From Longimicrobiales bacterium (GTDB lineage Bacteria; Gemmatimonadota; Gemmatimonadetes; Longimicrobiales; RSA9), in NCBI GenBank assembly GCA_035461085.1, contig DATHVW010000018.1, positions 8,387 to 72,386 on the forward strand: DNA of 64,000 nucleotides, given 5' to 3'. The translations under genes were made by a program, and so were the position numbers. How positions within the stretch are numbered: position 1 is the first letter of the stretch; every line of letters begins with the position of its first letter. The notes below the pieces were generated by a model. The model saw nothing but the letters and a program-made list of their open reading frames with translations, ran no database searches and was not told the DNA's origin. Below are positions 46,883 to 55,444 of this stretch, piece after piece.

Positions 46883-48210
46883 GCCGTTGCGGCAGCCTGT
46901 GCACTCGCCCGCTCCTCCTCATCCTTGCGGGCGCGGCCGAGCAGGTATCCGACTATCGCCCATACGATGGTGACGGCCGCCGCGAGCAGGGCAACGGCCG
47001 ACGCCGACCACCCGGACGCGGCAAGACCCTTGTCCACCTGAGCGGAGATGGCGTCGCCACCGCGATAGACGGGCACGTCATTGGTCATCTTTGCCTTGTA
47101 CTTCGATTCGGTATCCACTCGGCTGTACAGCATCTCACGGCCGGGGCGTACGAATGCGTACTCACCGACGCGACGCGTGATCATGACCGCGGCAAGCATT
47201 GCGAACGTGCCATAGGCCGCGAGCAGCAGGAAGCCGGTGAACATGAGAATGGGCACCGCGGTCAGGAGCATGCCGATGCCGAACTTCTTCGCAATACGCC
47301 CTGTCAGAACGAACTGCGAGATAATCGTGAGCGTCTGTACCGTGTAGTCGAGTCGGCTGAACACGCGCGTGCGTTGCGTGACATCCGTGAACGTCGCTTC
47401 GACCACGCGCAGCTGCTCGAAATAGAGAAACGTGTTGACGGATGCGAGCAGGATCACGAACAGTGCGATGCCGGCCAGGTAAGGCGAGCGCAGGATCAGC
47501 GTGAATCCGGCGAACGGGTTGCCGCCGATCGGCCGCTCCTCCATCCGCTCAGATTCCGGTGTGCCCCAGTGCGTGCGGTTGCGCACGCGGATCAGCAGGC
47601 GCTGGAAGATGATGGCGAGGAAGAAACCGCCGGCGCCGAAGAACAGGATGCCCTCGTAGCCGACGAATCCCACGAGCACGTCCGTCGCCATCGGTCCCGC
47701 GAGCGCGCCCGCCGTTCCACCCGCCGCGATGACGCCGAACAGGCGCTTCGTCTGGTTGGGGTTGAACAGCTCGAGCAGAAAGCTCCAGAAGACGGAAACG
47801 ACGAACAGGTTGAGAACGCTGAGGAAGACGAAGAAGAACTGGCTCGCGATGACGTTCGGGCCGGTCGGCCGCAGCATCAGCCCGACACCCACCAGCGAGA
47901 ACGCGACGAAGCCGTAGATCCACGGCAGAAACGTGCTGCGCCGGAACCGCGCGCACAGTGCACCGTAGATCGGAACGATCGCGATCGATGCGACCCACGT
48001 GAATAGGAACAGGTCGGCGACGCGGTCCGCACCGAGGATGGTGCCGACGGTCTCGCGCACGGGCCGCACCATGAAGTAGCCGCCGAGCACGCAGAAGAAC
48101 AGCAGGAACGCGGTCACGACCGCACCCACCTCGTCGGGCTCGACATCGGCGACACGCCCGAGCAGTCGGGTCAGCGGGCCGGGGGCGCGGGCAGTCGTGC
48201 TGTCGTTCAT
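46879..48210 (-). CDS. MFS-type transporter resembling ATP/ADP translocase (TLC/Npt) family
   Basis: About 12 TM helices are present. The N-terminal FLLFFCVLGGYFMVRPVRETVG resembles the TLC-family first helix. The family assignment is tentative. Confidence 0.7.
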   Translation of the reverse strand: MNDSTTARAPGPLTRLLGRVADVEPDEVGAVVTAFLLFFCVLGGYFMVRPVRETVGTILGADRVADLFLFTWVASIAIVPIYGALCARFRRSTFLPWIYGFVAFSLVGVGLMLRPTGPNVIASQFFFVFLSVLNLFVVSVFWSFLLELFNPNQTKRLFGVIAAGGTAGALAGPMATDVLVGFVGYEGILFFGAGGFFLAIIFQRLLIRVRNRTHWGTPESERMEERPIGGNPFAGFTLILRSPYLAGIALFVILLASVNTFLYFEQLRVVEATFTDVTQRTRVFSRLDYTVQTLTIISQFVLTGRIAKKFGIGMLLTAVPILMFTGFLLLAAYGTFAMLAAVMITRRVGEYAFVRPGREMLYSRVDTESKYKAKMTNDVPVYRGGDAISAQVDKGLAASGWSASAVALLAAAVTIVWAIVGYLLGRARKDEEERASAQAAATA

Positions 48211-48453
48211 GGATTCGGCGGCCTGGCCGCGGCTCGGGTGGCGAAAGGATAGACGCGCTGCACCGGCAGGGCCAAGCCGGGGGGTCGGCCGACGAGCGGC
48301 GCGGGATGAAGCGCGCTCAGTCCGGGCCGGGCGTCAGCATAGGCCGGCAGTGCGTGCGGCGCAACGCACGCGGCGCCGGCGCCGCGCACCAACACGGGGG
48401 TTCGCGACTAATGCGGCCCTGGCGGCGCGACGCACGCGGCCGCCTGCCGCGTG

Positions 48454-49317
48454 TTACGCGCCAGGCCAGTCCGCCACTTCGTCCCGGCACGCGCGGTTGC
48501 GCAGCGCAGCGGCGCGGAGTGCCGCCCGGCCGCGCGGCTCGCCGGCCGGGAGACGGGCGAGCAGAACGTCGGCAACGTCGGTGAACATGCCGGTAGCGCC
48601 CGCGGCCGTCATCGCCTGCATCAGGGCGGGATCGTTCACGGTATAGGGGTGCAGCTCCAGGCAGAGATCCGCCGCTGCGCGTCCGAGCATCGCATCCACG
48701 TCCCCGCAGTATGGCCCGATACCGACAGCGTAGCTCCTGATGTCGTCGAGGCGGCCGACAATGTCCTGCGGTACTTCGCGACGGTCGTACAGCAGCTGGA
48801 TCAGCGGGAGCGACGGATCCATGTCGTGTATCATGCGCAGGCTGCGCTCGCTGAACGACTGGATGAGCACGCGCCACTCGCGCGCGGCGGGGCCGCGTAG
48901 AGAAAACCGATCGAGCAGCGACAGCAGTGCCGTCTCCATGCCGGGCGCTTCCTCCGGATTCTTCGTCTCGATGTAGAAGCTCGCACGATGCGCGTATCGC
49001 TCGAACACCTCTTCGAGCGTCGGTATGCGGGCGCCGGCATAAGCGTTTCGTGCGCGCGAAGGGAACGCCTCGTTGAACCACGACCCCACGTCGCACGTGC
49101 GAATCTGCCCGAGTGTGTGGTCGATCACGCGTCCCGTGCAGCGGCCGCCCGTCGTGCGGTCGAGCGTATCATCGTGCAGCACGACGAGCACACCGTCGCT
49201 CGTCATCTGCAGGTCCTGCTCGATGAAGTCGGCACCGAGCTGCAACGCCAGGTCGTAGGACTCGAATGTGTGCTCGGGCGCGTAACCCGACGCGCCGCGA
49301 TGGCCGATCACCAGCAT
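48454..49317 (-). CDS. Glycerophosphodiester phosphodiesterase (GDPD)
   Basis: VIGHRGASGYAPEHT, FIEQDLQMTSDGVLVVLHDDTLDRTT and YIETK motifs are present. ATG 49317 has a GGAGG RBS. The 190-codon upstream extension in the ORF track was rejected. Confidence 0.88.
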   Translation of the reverse strand: MLVIGHRGASGYAPEHTFESYDLALQLGADFIEQDLQMTSDGVLVVLHDDTLDRTTGGRCTGRVIDHTLGQIRTCDVGSWFNEAFPSRARNAYAGARIPTLEEVFERYAHRASFYIETKNPEEAPGMETALLSLLDRFSLRGPAAREWRVLIQSFSERSLRMIHDMDPSLPLIQLLYDRREVPQDIVGRLDDIRSYAVGIGPYCGDVDAMLGRAAADLCLELHPYTVNDPALMQAMTAAGATGMFTDVADVLLARLPAGEPRGRAALRAAALRNRACRDEVADWPGA

Positions 49318-49908
49318 GTCGCCTCCACGGCGCGTGAACGCGATGTGCCAGTCCGCAGGATGGTCCTGCGTGTGGGTGCGGGGCCGGTGCGCCCGCTGGC
49401 GCGGGAGACGCCGGGCCGCGAAAATCCACTTTCCCGCATGACTGCGCGGTTCCGGCCGGCCGGCGAACGAGGGGTGTGCGGAATGGCCGCCCCGGCGATA
49501 TAATTGATATGCGGCCGGTGGCTCGAACCGGTCGAAAAAGCTGCACGCCGATGACGTGCTGGACCCACATCGGAGGAGGGCTGGAATGCAGAGCAGCGAT
49601 GAAAGGCCGGCGAACGACTGGGAAACGGCCGCGCGGATCCGGGTGAGCCCCCGGGCCGCAAAGCTGACGGACCGTTTCCCTGTGACCGCCCGGACCGCTC
49701 CACGAGGACCCGATTCACAGATCGGCGACGATGAGACCCACCGCCGCCTCCAGGAAGCCCGCAACCGGGCTCGACATTCCACTGAAGCTCTGATACGACG
49801 AGAACTCGGCCCCGAGTGGGCTGAGGAGTAGCGGAGCACCGCCCGGCCCTCCCCGCGAGCCGCATTCCGCGGCCGCGGGGGGAGCCGCAAGCGGGCGGAT
49901 CCCCCCGG

Positions 49909-51975
49909 TCAGAACTCCGCACCGATGCTGATGTTGAAGCGCCACTTCGCGCGCTGCCCGGCGGCGACCCCGAGCTCGATGGGGCCGAGCACCGTGGGCC
50001 ATACCGCAGCGACCTCACCGCCCAACCGCCACGTATCCGAATCGCTGAACGCCTCCATATCGTCCGTTGCCGCCAGCGCGCGCAGGCGCACGCGCGCATA
50101 GCCGCTCAGGAAGGTCGGCGCCGCGCCATCCACACCGATCGAAGCCAGTTGTCTGCTCCGCAGTGATGCGTACGGCAGCCACGGCGCCGTGTTGTGGTCC
50201 GTGGCCGGCCGTGCGTCGAGCGGTGTCTGCGGACTCGCGGCTGCAAAGTCCACGATCGCCGCCGCCTGCGCGCGCCGGATGACGATCGTGTGACCCGCGC
50301 GCAGGCGCGCGCGCTGATATGACAGATCGCCCCCGCGCATTTCCGCCTCCAGCAGCTGATCGACGCCGGCGACGCGGTCGGGCCGAGGTGCGCGGAAAAT
50401 GCGGAGGACCGGGCCCGCGGCCCAGGCAGCCGCAGCACCCGGCTCGCGCACCTGGTCTGCCGTGGCGAACAGCGACAGGAACCAGTCGCGGACGGGACCA
50501 TGCACTTCCGCGCCGGCGCGCACGCCGTGCCGCCGCACCGTAAGCAGGTCCGTTACCGTGTCCGCATCGAACACGCGGACGCGCTCCTCCGCGGTCTGCG
50601 CCCCACCGGTCCAGCGCAGGCCCGGAATGAGCGCGGAGAAGAACGACGTCTCGACGCCCGCCTCAAAACCGAGCTCGTCGACCGTGCCGGCAAGCATGAA
50701 CTGAACGGGCGTGTTCAGCGACACCCGCCGCTGCAGCGCCGCCCAGGCGCCGCCCCCGATATCGTTATCCCAGCGCGCCGCACCGGCCATGTTCGCGCTG
50801 GCCGCAGGGGTCACCTCGATGACGAGCGTCGGCTCGGGCTCGAGCTCCACCCGCGGCCAAACGGCCTGGAACAGACCGGTCGCGTACAGTGCAGCCGTCC
50901 GCCGCACGATGTCCGCGGCGTCGTACGGGCCCACCGCGTCATCCATGACTCGCCGGATCAGTCGCTCGAATGCGGCGTCCGCGCCGTCCACACGCACGGC
51001 GGCGATGTGCGTGGGCGCGGCACCGGGCGCGCGCCGGACCGCGGGCTGCACGGGCACGGGCGGCACCTGCTCGATCACCGCGTCATAGCCGGATTGCAGC
51101 ACGTCCGTGGCATCGGCGGGGAAGTACGTCTCGGAGAGGCGCGGCTCGATATCGGGCAGCACCAGTATGTCCGGCTCGGACCCGGTCTCCGGCCGCGCGT
51201 TCTCGATCAGCAGACGCAGTGCGCGCACGCCGAGGTCCAGTGCACCGCGCTCCGGCATGTCCGGGCTCGGCCGCAGGACGTCCACGGCGATGACCGGTCC
51301 ATCGCTCAGGCTGCGCGCGACCGACACCGGCAGGTTGTTGGCGACACCGCCGTCAATGAGGATGCGGCCGTCATGCCAGCGGACCGGCGCGAACACGCCG
51401 GGCACCGCCATGCTGGCCCGCACGGCGCGCGGCAGATCACCGCGCGTGACGACGAACTCGGCGCCCGTCGCCAGGTCCGCCGTGACCGCGCGATAGCGGA
51501 TGGGCAGACTGTCGAAGTCGTTACGCGCGCGCACGCCCGCATCGAACAGCAGCTCGATCAGCCGCTGATTGATCCCCGCGCTGGACAGGAACCCGCCGTA
51601 GAAGCGGCCGCTGCTGATGCCGAAGCCGAGCAGCGGCCGCCTCGGATGACGGTCCGCGCCGACGAGCATGGGCTCGGCGGCAAAACGCTCGAGCCAGTTC
51701 TCGCCCGCAATGATGTCACGGATCTCGTCGGGGGAATGACCGGCGGCGTAAAGAGCACCCACGATCGCGCCCATGCTCGCGCCGACGACCAGGTCAGGCC
51801 GGTAGCCGATCTCCTCGAGCGCCTGGATGGCGCCGGCGTGGGAGAGGCCGCGCGCGCCGCCACCACTCAGCACCAGCGAAGGCTGCGCGGCCGCCGACGC
51901 GGGCAGCAGCCAGAGCAGCAGCAGCCAGAGCGCGCGTCGTGCCGCGTTCCCAGGGACCGCGCACGTCCTGTCCAT
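49909..51975 (-). CDS. Patatin-like phospholipase fused to POTRA-like and Omp85-type beta-barrel domains (PlpD/type Vd-like)
   Basis: A signal peptide is present. Motifs LVLSGGGARG, nucleophile GASMG and catalytic IDGGVANNLP are present. A POTRA-like segment is followed by a barrel ending ...NISIGAEF. Confidence 0.85.
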   Translation of the reverse strand: MDRTCAVPGNAARRALWLLLLWLLPASAAAQPSLVLSGGGARGLSHAGAIQALEEIGYRPDLVVGASMGAIVGALYAAGHSPDEIRDIIAGENWLERFAAEPMLVGADRHPRRPLLGFGISSGRFYGGFLSSAGINQRLIELLFDAGVRARNDFDSLPIRYRAVTADLATGAEFVVTRGDLPRAVRASMAVPGVFAPVRWHDGRILIDGGVANNLPVSVARSLSDGPVIAVDVLRPSPDMPERGALDLGVRALRLLIENARPETGSEPDILVLPDIEPRLSETYFPADATDVLQSGYDAVIEQVPPVPVQPAVRRAPGAAPTHIAAVRVDGADAAFERLIRRVMDDAVGPYDAADIVRRTAALYATGLFQAVWPRVELEPEPTLVIEVTPAASANMAGAARWDNDIGGGAWAALQRRVSLNTPVQFMLAGTVDELGFEAGVETSFFSALIPGLRWTGGAQTAEERVRVFDADTVTDLLTVRRHGVRAGAEVHGPVRDWFLSLFATADQVREPGAAAAWAAGPVLRIFRAPRPDRVAGVDQLLEAEMRGGDLSYQRARLRAGHTIVIRRAQAAAIVDFAAASPQTPLDARPATDHNTAPWLPYASLRSRQLASIGVDGAAPTFLSGYARVRLRALAATDDMEAFSDSDTWRLGGEVAAVWPTVLGPIELGVAAGQRAKWRFNISIGAEF

Positions 51976-51978
51976 CGG

Positions 51979-52698
51979 TCAGCCGAACGCGCGGCGGGCG
52001 TCGGCCAGGCGCTCGGGGTTCCCGATCTCCATCCAGCGGGCACCGCCGATGTCGAACTTCGCGATGGGCCGTCCGATCGAGGCCAGGCGAAGGTACAGAT
52101 CGATGATCGAGAACGCGCCCGTCTCCGTGATCATGTCGAGCAGAGCCGGCGAGATCACGTGGATGCCCGCGAACGCGAACGGGACGGGGTCCGCGCAGTC
52201 GGCGTGCACCTCGGCGGGCCCGCCGCCCCGGGCATGCATGCGGCCGCACAGGCCGGTCTCGTCGAACAGGAGGAATCGCGAGGTGTCCCTGCGGCTGACC
52301 GCGAGCGTGGCGAGCGCACCCGAATGGACGTGCGCCGTGTACATGGCGCGCAGGTCCGCGTCGCAGAGCACGTCCACGTTGTGCAGGAAGAACGAGCCCT
52401 CACCGCGGAAGAGCGGCTTCGCGTTAAGCAGGCCGCCGCCGGTCTCCAGCGGCGCGTCCTTCTCGTGCGAGATGGACACGGCAACGCCGAAGTCATCACG
52501 CGACCGGACGAACTCGATGATCCGGTCCGCGTGATGATGGACATTGATGATGATGTGGTCCGCGCCGGCGGCAATCAGGCGCCGCGCCACGCGCTCCAGG
52601 ACCGGCACACCACCGACATCGATGAGCGCCTTGGGCGTATCCTGTGTAAGGTCGCCGAGCCGCGTGCCCAGGCCCGCGGCCAGAATCATCGCGTCCAT
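51979..52698 (-). CDS. murU: Sugar-1-phosphate nucleotidyltransferase, MurU-like (N-acetylmuramate-1-P uridylyltransferase)
   Basis: MILAAGLGTRL...TPKALIDVGG...LETGGG are present. It lies directly downstream of an AmgK-like kinase, as in the Pseudomonas amgK-murU pair. Confidence 0.8.
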   Translation of the reverse strand: MDAMILAAGLGTRLGDLTQDTPKALIDVGGVPVLERVARRLIAAGADHIIINVHHHADRIIEFVRSRDDFGVAVSISHEKDAPLETGGGLLNAKPLFRGEGSFFLHNVDVLCDADLRAMYTAHVHSGALATLAVSRRDTSRFLLFDETGLCGRMHARGGGPAEVHADCADPVPFAFAGIHVISPALLDMITETGAFSIIDLYLRLASIGRPIAKFDIGGARWMEIGNPERLADARRAFG

Positions 52699-52709
52699 TC
52701 AGGCGTGCG

Positions 52710-54272
52710 TCAGGACGTCGGGGCGACGCGGCTGCGCCGGCCGTCGATGAGATCCTCGGGGGACGTGCGCTGTGCCGCGCCGCGCTCGCGCTTCGGCTTG
52801 CGCTCCTCGTGCGCCACGGGCGCGGGCTCCATGTCCTTCGGCCAGAGGCTCTCCTCACGGTGCGAGAGACGCACGTTGACCTGCGGGTATGCGTGTCGGA
52901 TGTGGGCGGCGAGCCGCTCGGCGAAATACACGGACCGGTGCTGGCCGCCGGTGCAGCCGAAGCTGATCGTGAGACTGGTGAAGCCGCGCCGCAGGTACTC
53001 CTCGATCTGGCTGTCCACGAGCGACCGCACGTGCACCCAGTAGCTGTGTGACTCCGATGCGCGCTCGATGTACTCCACGACGCCGGCATCGCGGCCGCAC
53101 ATCGTGCGATACTCGAGATGCCGGCCCGGGTTGGGGAGGCTGCGGCAGTCGAACACGTAGCCACCGCCGTGGCCGCCCTCATCGTCCGGATAGCCGCGCT
53201 TGAAGCTGAAGCTGTTCAGCCGCACCGTCAGGCCTGCCGCCGTTTCGGCATCCTCGCCCTTGTGCGCCCAGGCCTCGACGATACGCTCGAACACCTCCTG
53301 GAGCTCAGGCACCGCGACGGGCAGGCCGTTCTCGAGCAGCCGCCGGATGTTGCGGGCGGCAAACGGCACGCTCTGAAGGAAGCGCGGCTTGCGCTCGAAG
53401 AAGCCGCGATAGCCATAGGCTCCCATCGCCTGCATGATGCGCACGAGCACGTAACCGCGATACAGCTGCACGAACTCCTCGCGATCGAACTCGAGGTAGC
53501 CGGAGAGTGCGTCGAGATAATGCGAGAGGAGCTGGTCGCGCACGCCGTTCGGCATGTCGGCCTTCGCGTCATACAGCAGTGATGCGATGTCGTACTGCGG
53601 CGCACCGCGGCGGCCGCCCTGGTAGTCAATGAAATAGGGCTGATCATCGACCATCATGATGTTGCGCGACTGGAAGTCGCGATACAGGAAGTGGCGTGTA
53701 TCCGCCCGCAGCAGGTAATCGGCGAGCGTGGCAAAATCGTTCTCGAGCCGCTGCTCGTTGAACTGCACGTGCGCCAGCTTCAGGAAGTGATACTTGAAGT
53801 AGTTCAGGTCCCAGAGGATGGACTGGCGGTCGAACGCGTCGCGCGGGTACGCGACGGAATAATCGATGACACGCCCCCCCTCCACCTGGAAGCGCGGCAG
53901 CACCTCCACCACTTTGCGGTAGAGCGGCAGCATGGAGTCCGGGAACGGCGAGCCGGGCTCGCGCTTGCGTGCCTCCACCAGCGCATTGAACAGCGTGGTG
54001 TCGCCGAGATCCTCCTCGATCCACACACCGACCGCCTCGTCCTCACCGTACAGCTCCGGAACCGGCAGGCCGGCGGAGCGGAACGAGTTCGTGAACGAGA
54101 TGAACGCGCGGTTCTCCTCGTGGTCGGGACCGACGGCACCGACGGCGGTGCGCAGGTCCTCGCCGATCAGTCGGTAGTACGAACGGTTCGAGCCGTCCCC
54201 CGCGATTTCGAGAATCGAGCGCGGTGGCCGGCCGAAACGAGCGGAATACAGGCGAACCAGAGCTTCATACAT
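52710..54272 (-). CDS. amgK: AmgK-like anomeric amino-sugar kinase (APH fold) fused to a RapZ C-terminal domain
   Basis: The N-terminal ~345 aa are APH/choline-kinase-like (GDGSNRSYYRL, FLYRDFQSRNIMM, IDYQGGRRG). The C-terminal part (nt ~52854-53231) aligns by eye with E. coli RapZ residues ~155-280 (SFSFKRGYP...YVFDCRSLPNP...GRD...ISFGCTGGQHRSVYFAERLA). The start at ATG 54272 is my choice. Confidence 0.82.
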   Translation of the reverse strand: MYEALVRLYSARFGRPPRSILEIAGDGSNRSYYRLIGEDLRTAVGAVGPDHEENRAFISFTNSFRSAGLPVPELYGEDEAVGVWIEEDLGDTTLFNALVEARKREPGSPFPDSMLPLYRKVVEVLPRFQVEGGRVIDYSVAYPRDAFDRQSILWDLNYFKYHFLKLAHVQFNEQRLENDFATLADYLLRADTRHFLYRDFQSRNIMMVDDQPYFIDYQGGRRGAPQYDIASLLYDAKADMPNGVRDQLLSHYLDALSGYLEFDREEFVQLYRGYVLVRIMQAMGAYGYRGFFERKPRFLQSVPFAARNIRRLLENGLPVAVPELQEVFERIVEAWAHKGEDAETAAGLTVRLNSFSFKRGYPDDEGGHGGGYVFDCRSLPNPGRHLEYRTMCGRDAGVVEYIERASESHSYWVHVRSLVDSQIEEYLRRGFTSLTISFGCTGGQHRSVYFAERLAAHIRHAYPQVNVRLSHREESLWPKDMEPAPVAHEERKPKRERGAAQRTSPEDLIDGRRSRVAPTS

Positions 54273-54484
54273 GCGCGACTTCCGTTGGGTGACTTCGTCG
54301 TCGCAGGGTGCATGATCCACGCCAGTCATCGATCCTGTTGGGAGACAACGCAAGCGCCGGTATGGCGCGTCCAACTGAAGATGCCGTATCGGATTACCCG
54401 CCGCAATCCGGACGGCAGGAACTTTGGCGCCGCGGCCGCGGTAACGCTCGATGGCACCTGACTGCACTCACCGAAGGATTCCGC

Positions 54485-55075
54485 ATGAGAACGATCGCAT
54501 GTCTGACCCTGACGCTGGCGCTGGTGATGCCGGCCGATGCGGAGGCGCAGCGCCGCGGTAACGCGTACCGGTACAATGCCTACAGCTTCTCACCATACGC
54601 CGGCGCATTCATGGACGCGTACGACGTCGAGGCCGATGGCAGCAACGTGGGCTGGATCGTGGGATTCCGCGCCGGCTATCAGGAGAGCACCCGGCTCAAC
54701 CTCAACCTCAACCTGGCATACGCCGAGGTCGATGATGTCGGCCCGCATCCCGCCGGGGATTTCCCCCTGCTCGACAACCAGTGGGTGCTGCTGACCGCCG
54801 GCGCAGACTTCGCGCTCGTGCCCGGCAACACCAGCATTGCGCTGGGCGCGGACCTGGGCGTCGGCTGGCTCCGCACCCGGTTCACAAACGGTGCGGACGT
54901 GGAGGAGAGGCCGAGCTGGAGTGCGCACGATGTGGTTGCACCGGCGCTCATCCTGCGCCACCAGCTCACGCCGCGCATCGGTCTCTACGCGTCGGCCCAG
55001 GATTACATCATGGACCTGCTCGACGGCTCGGCGCAGCATAGCCCGGCACTGACGGCGGGGTTCGTGATCCGCTGA
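54485..55075 (+). CDS. Small outer-membrane beta-barrel protein (OmpW/OmpA-barrel-like)
   Basis: Signal peptide ...PADAEA-Q is present. About 8 amphipathic strands are present. 196 aa. Confidence 0.65.
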   Translation: MRTIACLTLTLALVMPADAEAQRRGNAYRYNAYSFSPYAGAFMDAYDVEADGSNVGWIVGFRAGYQESTRLNLNLNLAYAEVDDVGPHPAGDFPLLDNQWVLLTAGADFALVPGNTSIALGADLGVGWLRTRFTNGADVEERPSWSAHDVVAPALILRHQLTPRIGLYASAQDYIMDLLDGSAQHSPALTAGFVIR

Positions 55076-55078
55076 CCG

Positions 55079-55440
55079 CGAACGGCAACGGATAACGGCG
55101 GTGTCAGGTTGTCATGGGCATGGGCACGTGCACGGGAATGTGGAAGGCGCACGCACACGTTTACGGGCAGAGGCAGAGGCAGCCGACCTTCCCCGTGATC
55201 CCTCTGGAATTCGGCTCGATCCGGGGAAGGGTCGCTCCGCGGAGGCCGGGATCACGGGAACGCTCTTCCCCTGCTGCCTTCCTCCGCGAAGCGGACCTGC
55301 CCCGGAATTAGCCGGGACCGAGAAACGAGGCGACGAACGCTGGCTGCCCGTGCCCGTGCACCTAAACGTGTGCGTGCGCCTTCCACTTGCACCTGCCCGT
55401 GCCCATGCCCGTAGCCCCTGACACCGCCGTTCCCCGTTCC
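55079..55440. repeat. Large imperfect inverted repeat (about 100-bp arms) filling a convergent intergenic region
   Basis: The left arm 55079-55184 and the reverse complement of 55341-55443 share blocks AACGGCGGTGTCAGG, GGGCATGGGCACG, GTGGAAGGCGCACGCACACGTTTA and GGCAGCC. The centre contains nested hairpins (CCTTCCCCG/CGGGGAAGG; GCTCCGCGGAGG/CCTCCGCGAAGC). Confidence 0.8.
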
Positions 55441-55444
55441 TGCC

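Noticed and set aside
49586-49831. 81-aa plus-strand ORF with a good GGAGGAGG RBS and an upstream TATAAT (49499-49504) inside the 590-bp gap
   Set aside because: Third-position G+C is only about 69 percent by my count, roughly the background level. Clearly coding neighbours are much higher. It drops further in the last third, and no domain is present. I kept it only as a possibility under the gap finding.
48454-49890. Full 478-aa version of the GDPD ORF from the ORF track
   Set aside because: The 190 upstream codons are Arg/Ser/Pro-rich and non-homologous. GDPD enzymes begin right at the xxIGHRG motif, and ATG 49317 has a GGAGG RBS. The upstream part is treated as non-coding.
51973-51981. 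murU stop and patatin start in the same frame (TGA-CCG-ATG), considered as possible selenocysteine or read-through fusion because selD is present
   Set aside because: The patatin gene has its own ATG and signal peptide immediately after. No SECIS-like hairpin is evident, and a cytoplasmic transferase fused ahead of a signal peptide makes no biological sense.
50500-53043. 847-aa plus-strand ORF spanning the PlpD-like, murU-like and amgK-like genes
   Set aside because: It runs antisense across three separately recognisable genes and their junctions. The translation is Arg/Gly/Asp/His-rich with no domain.
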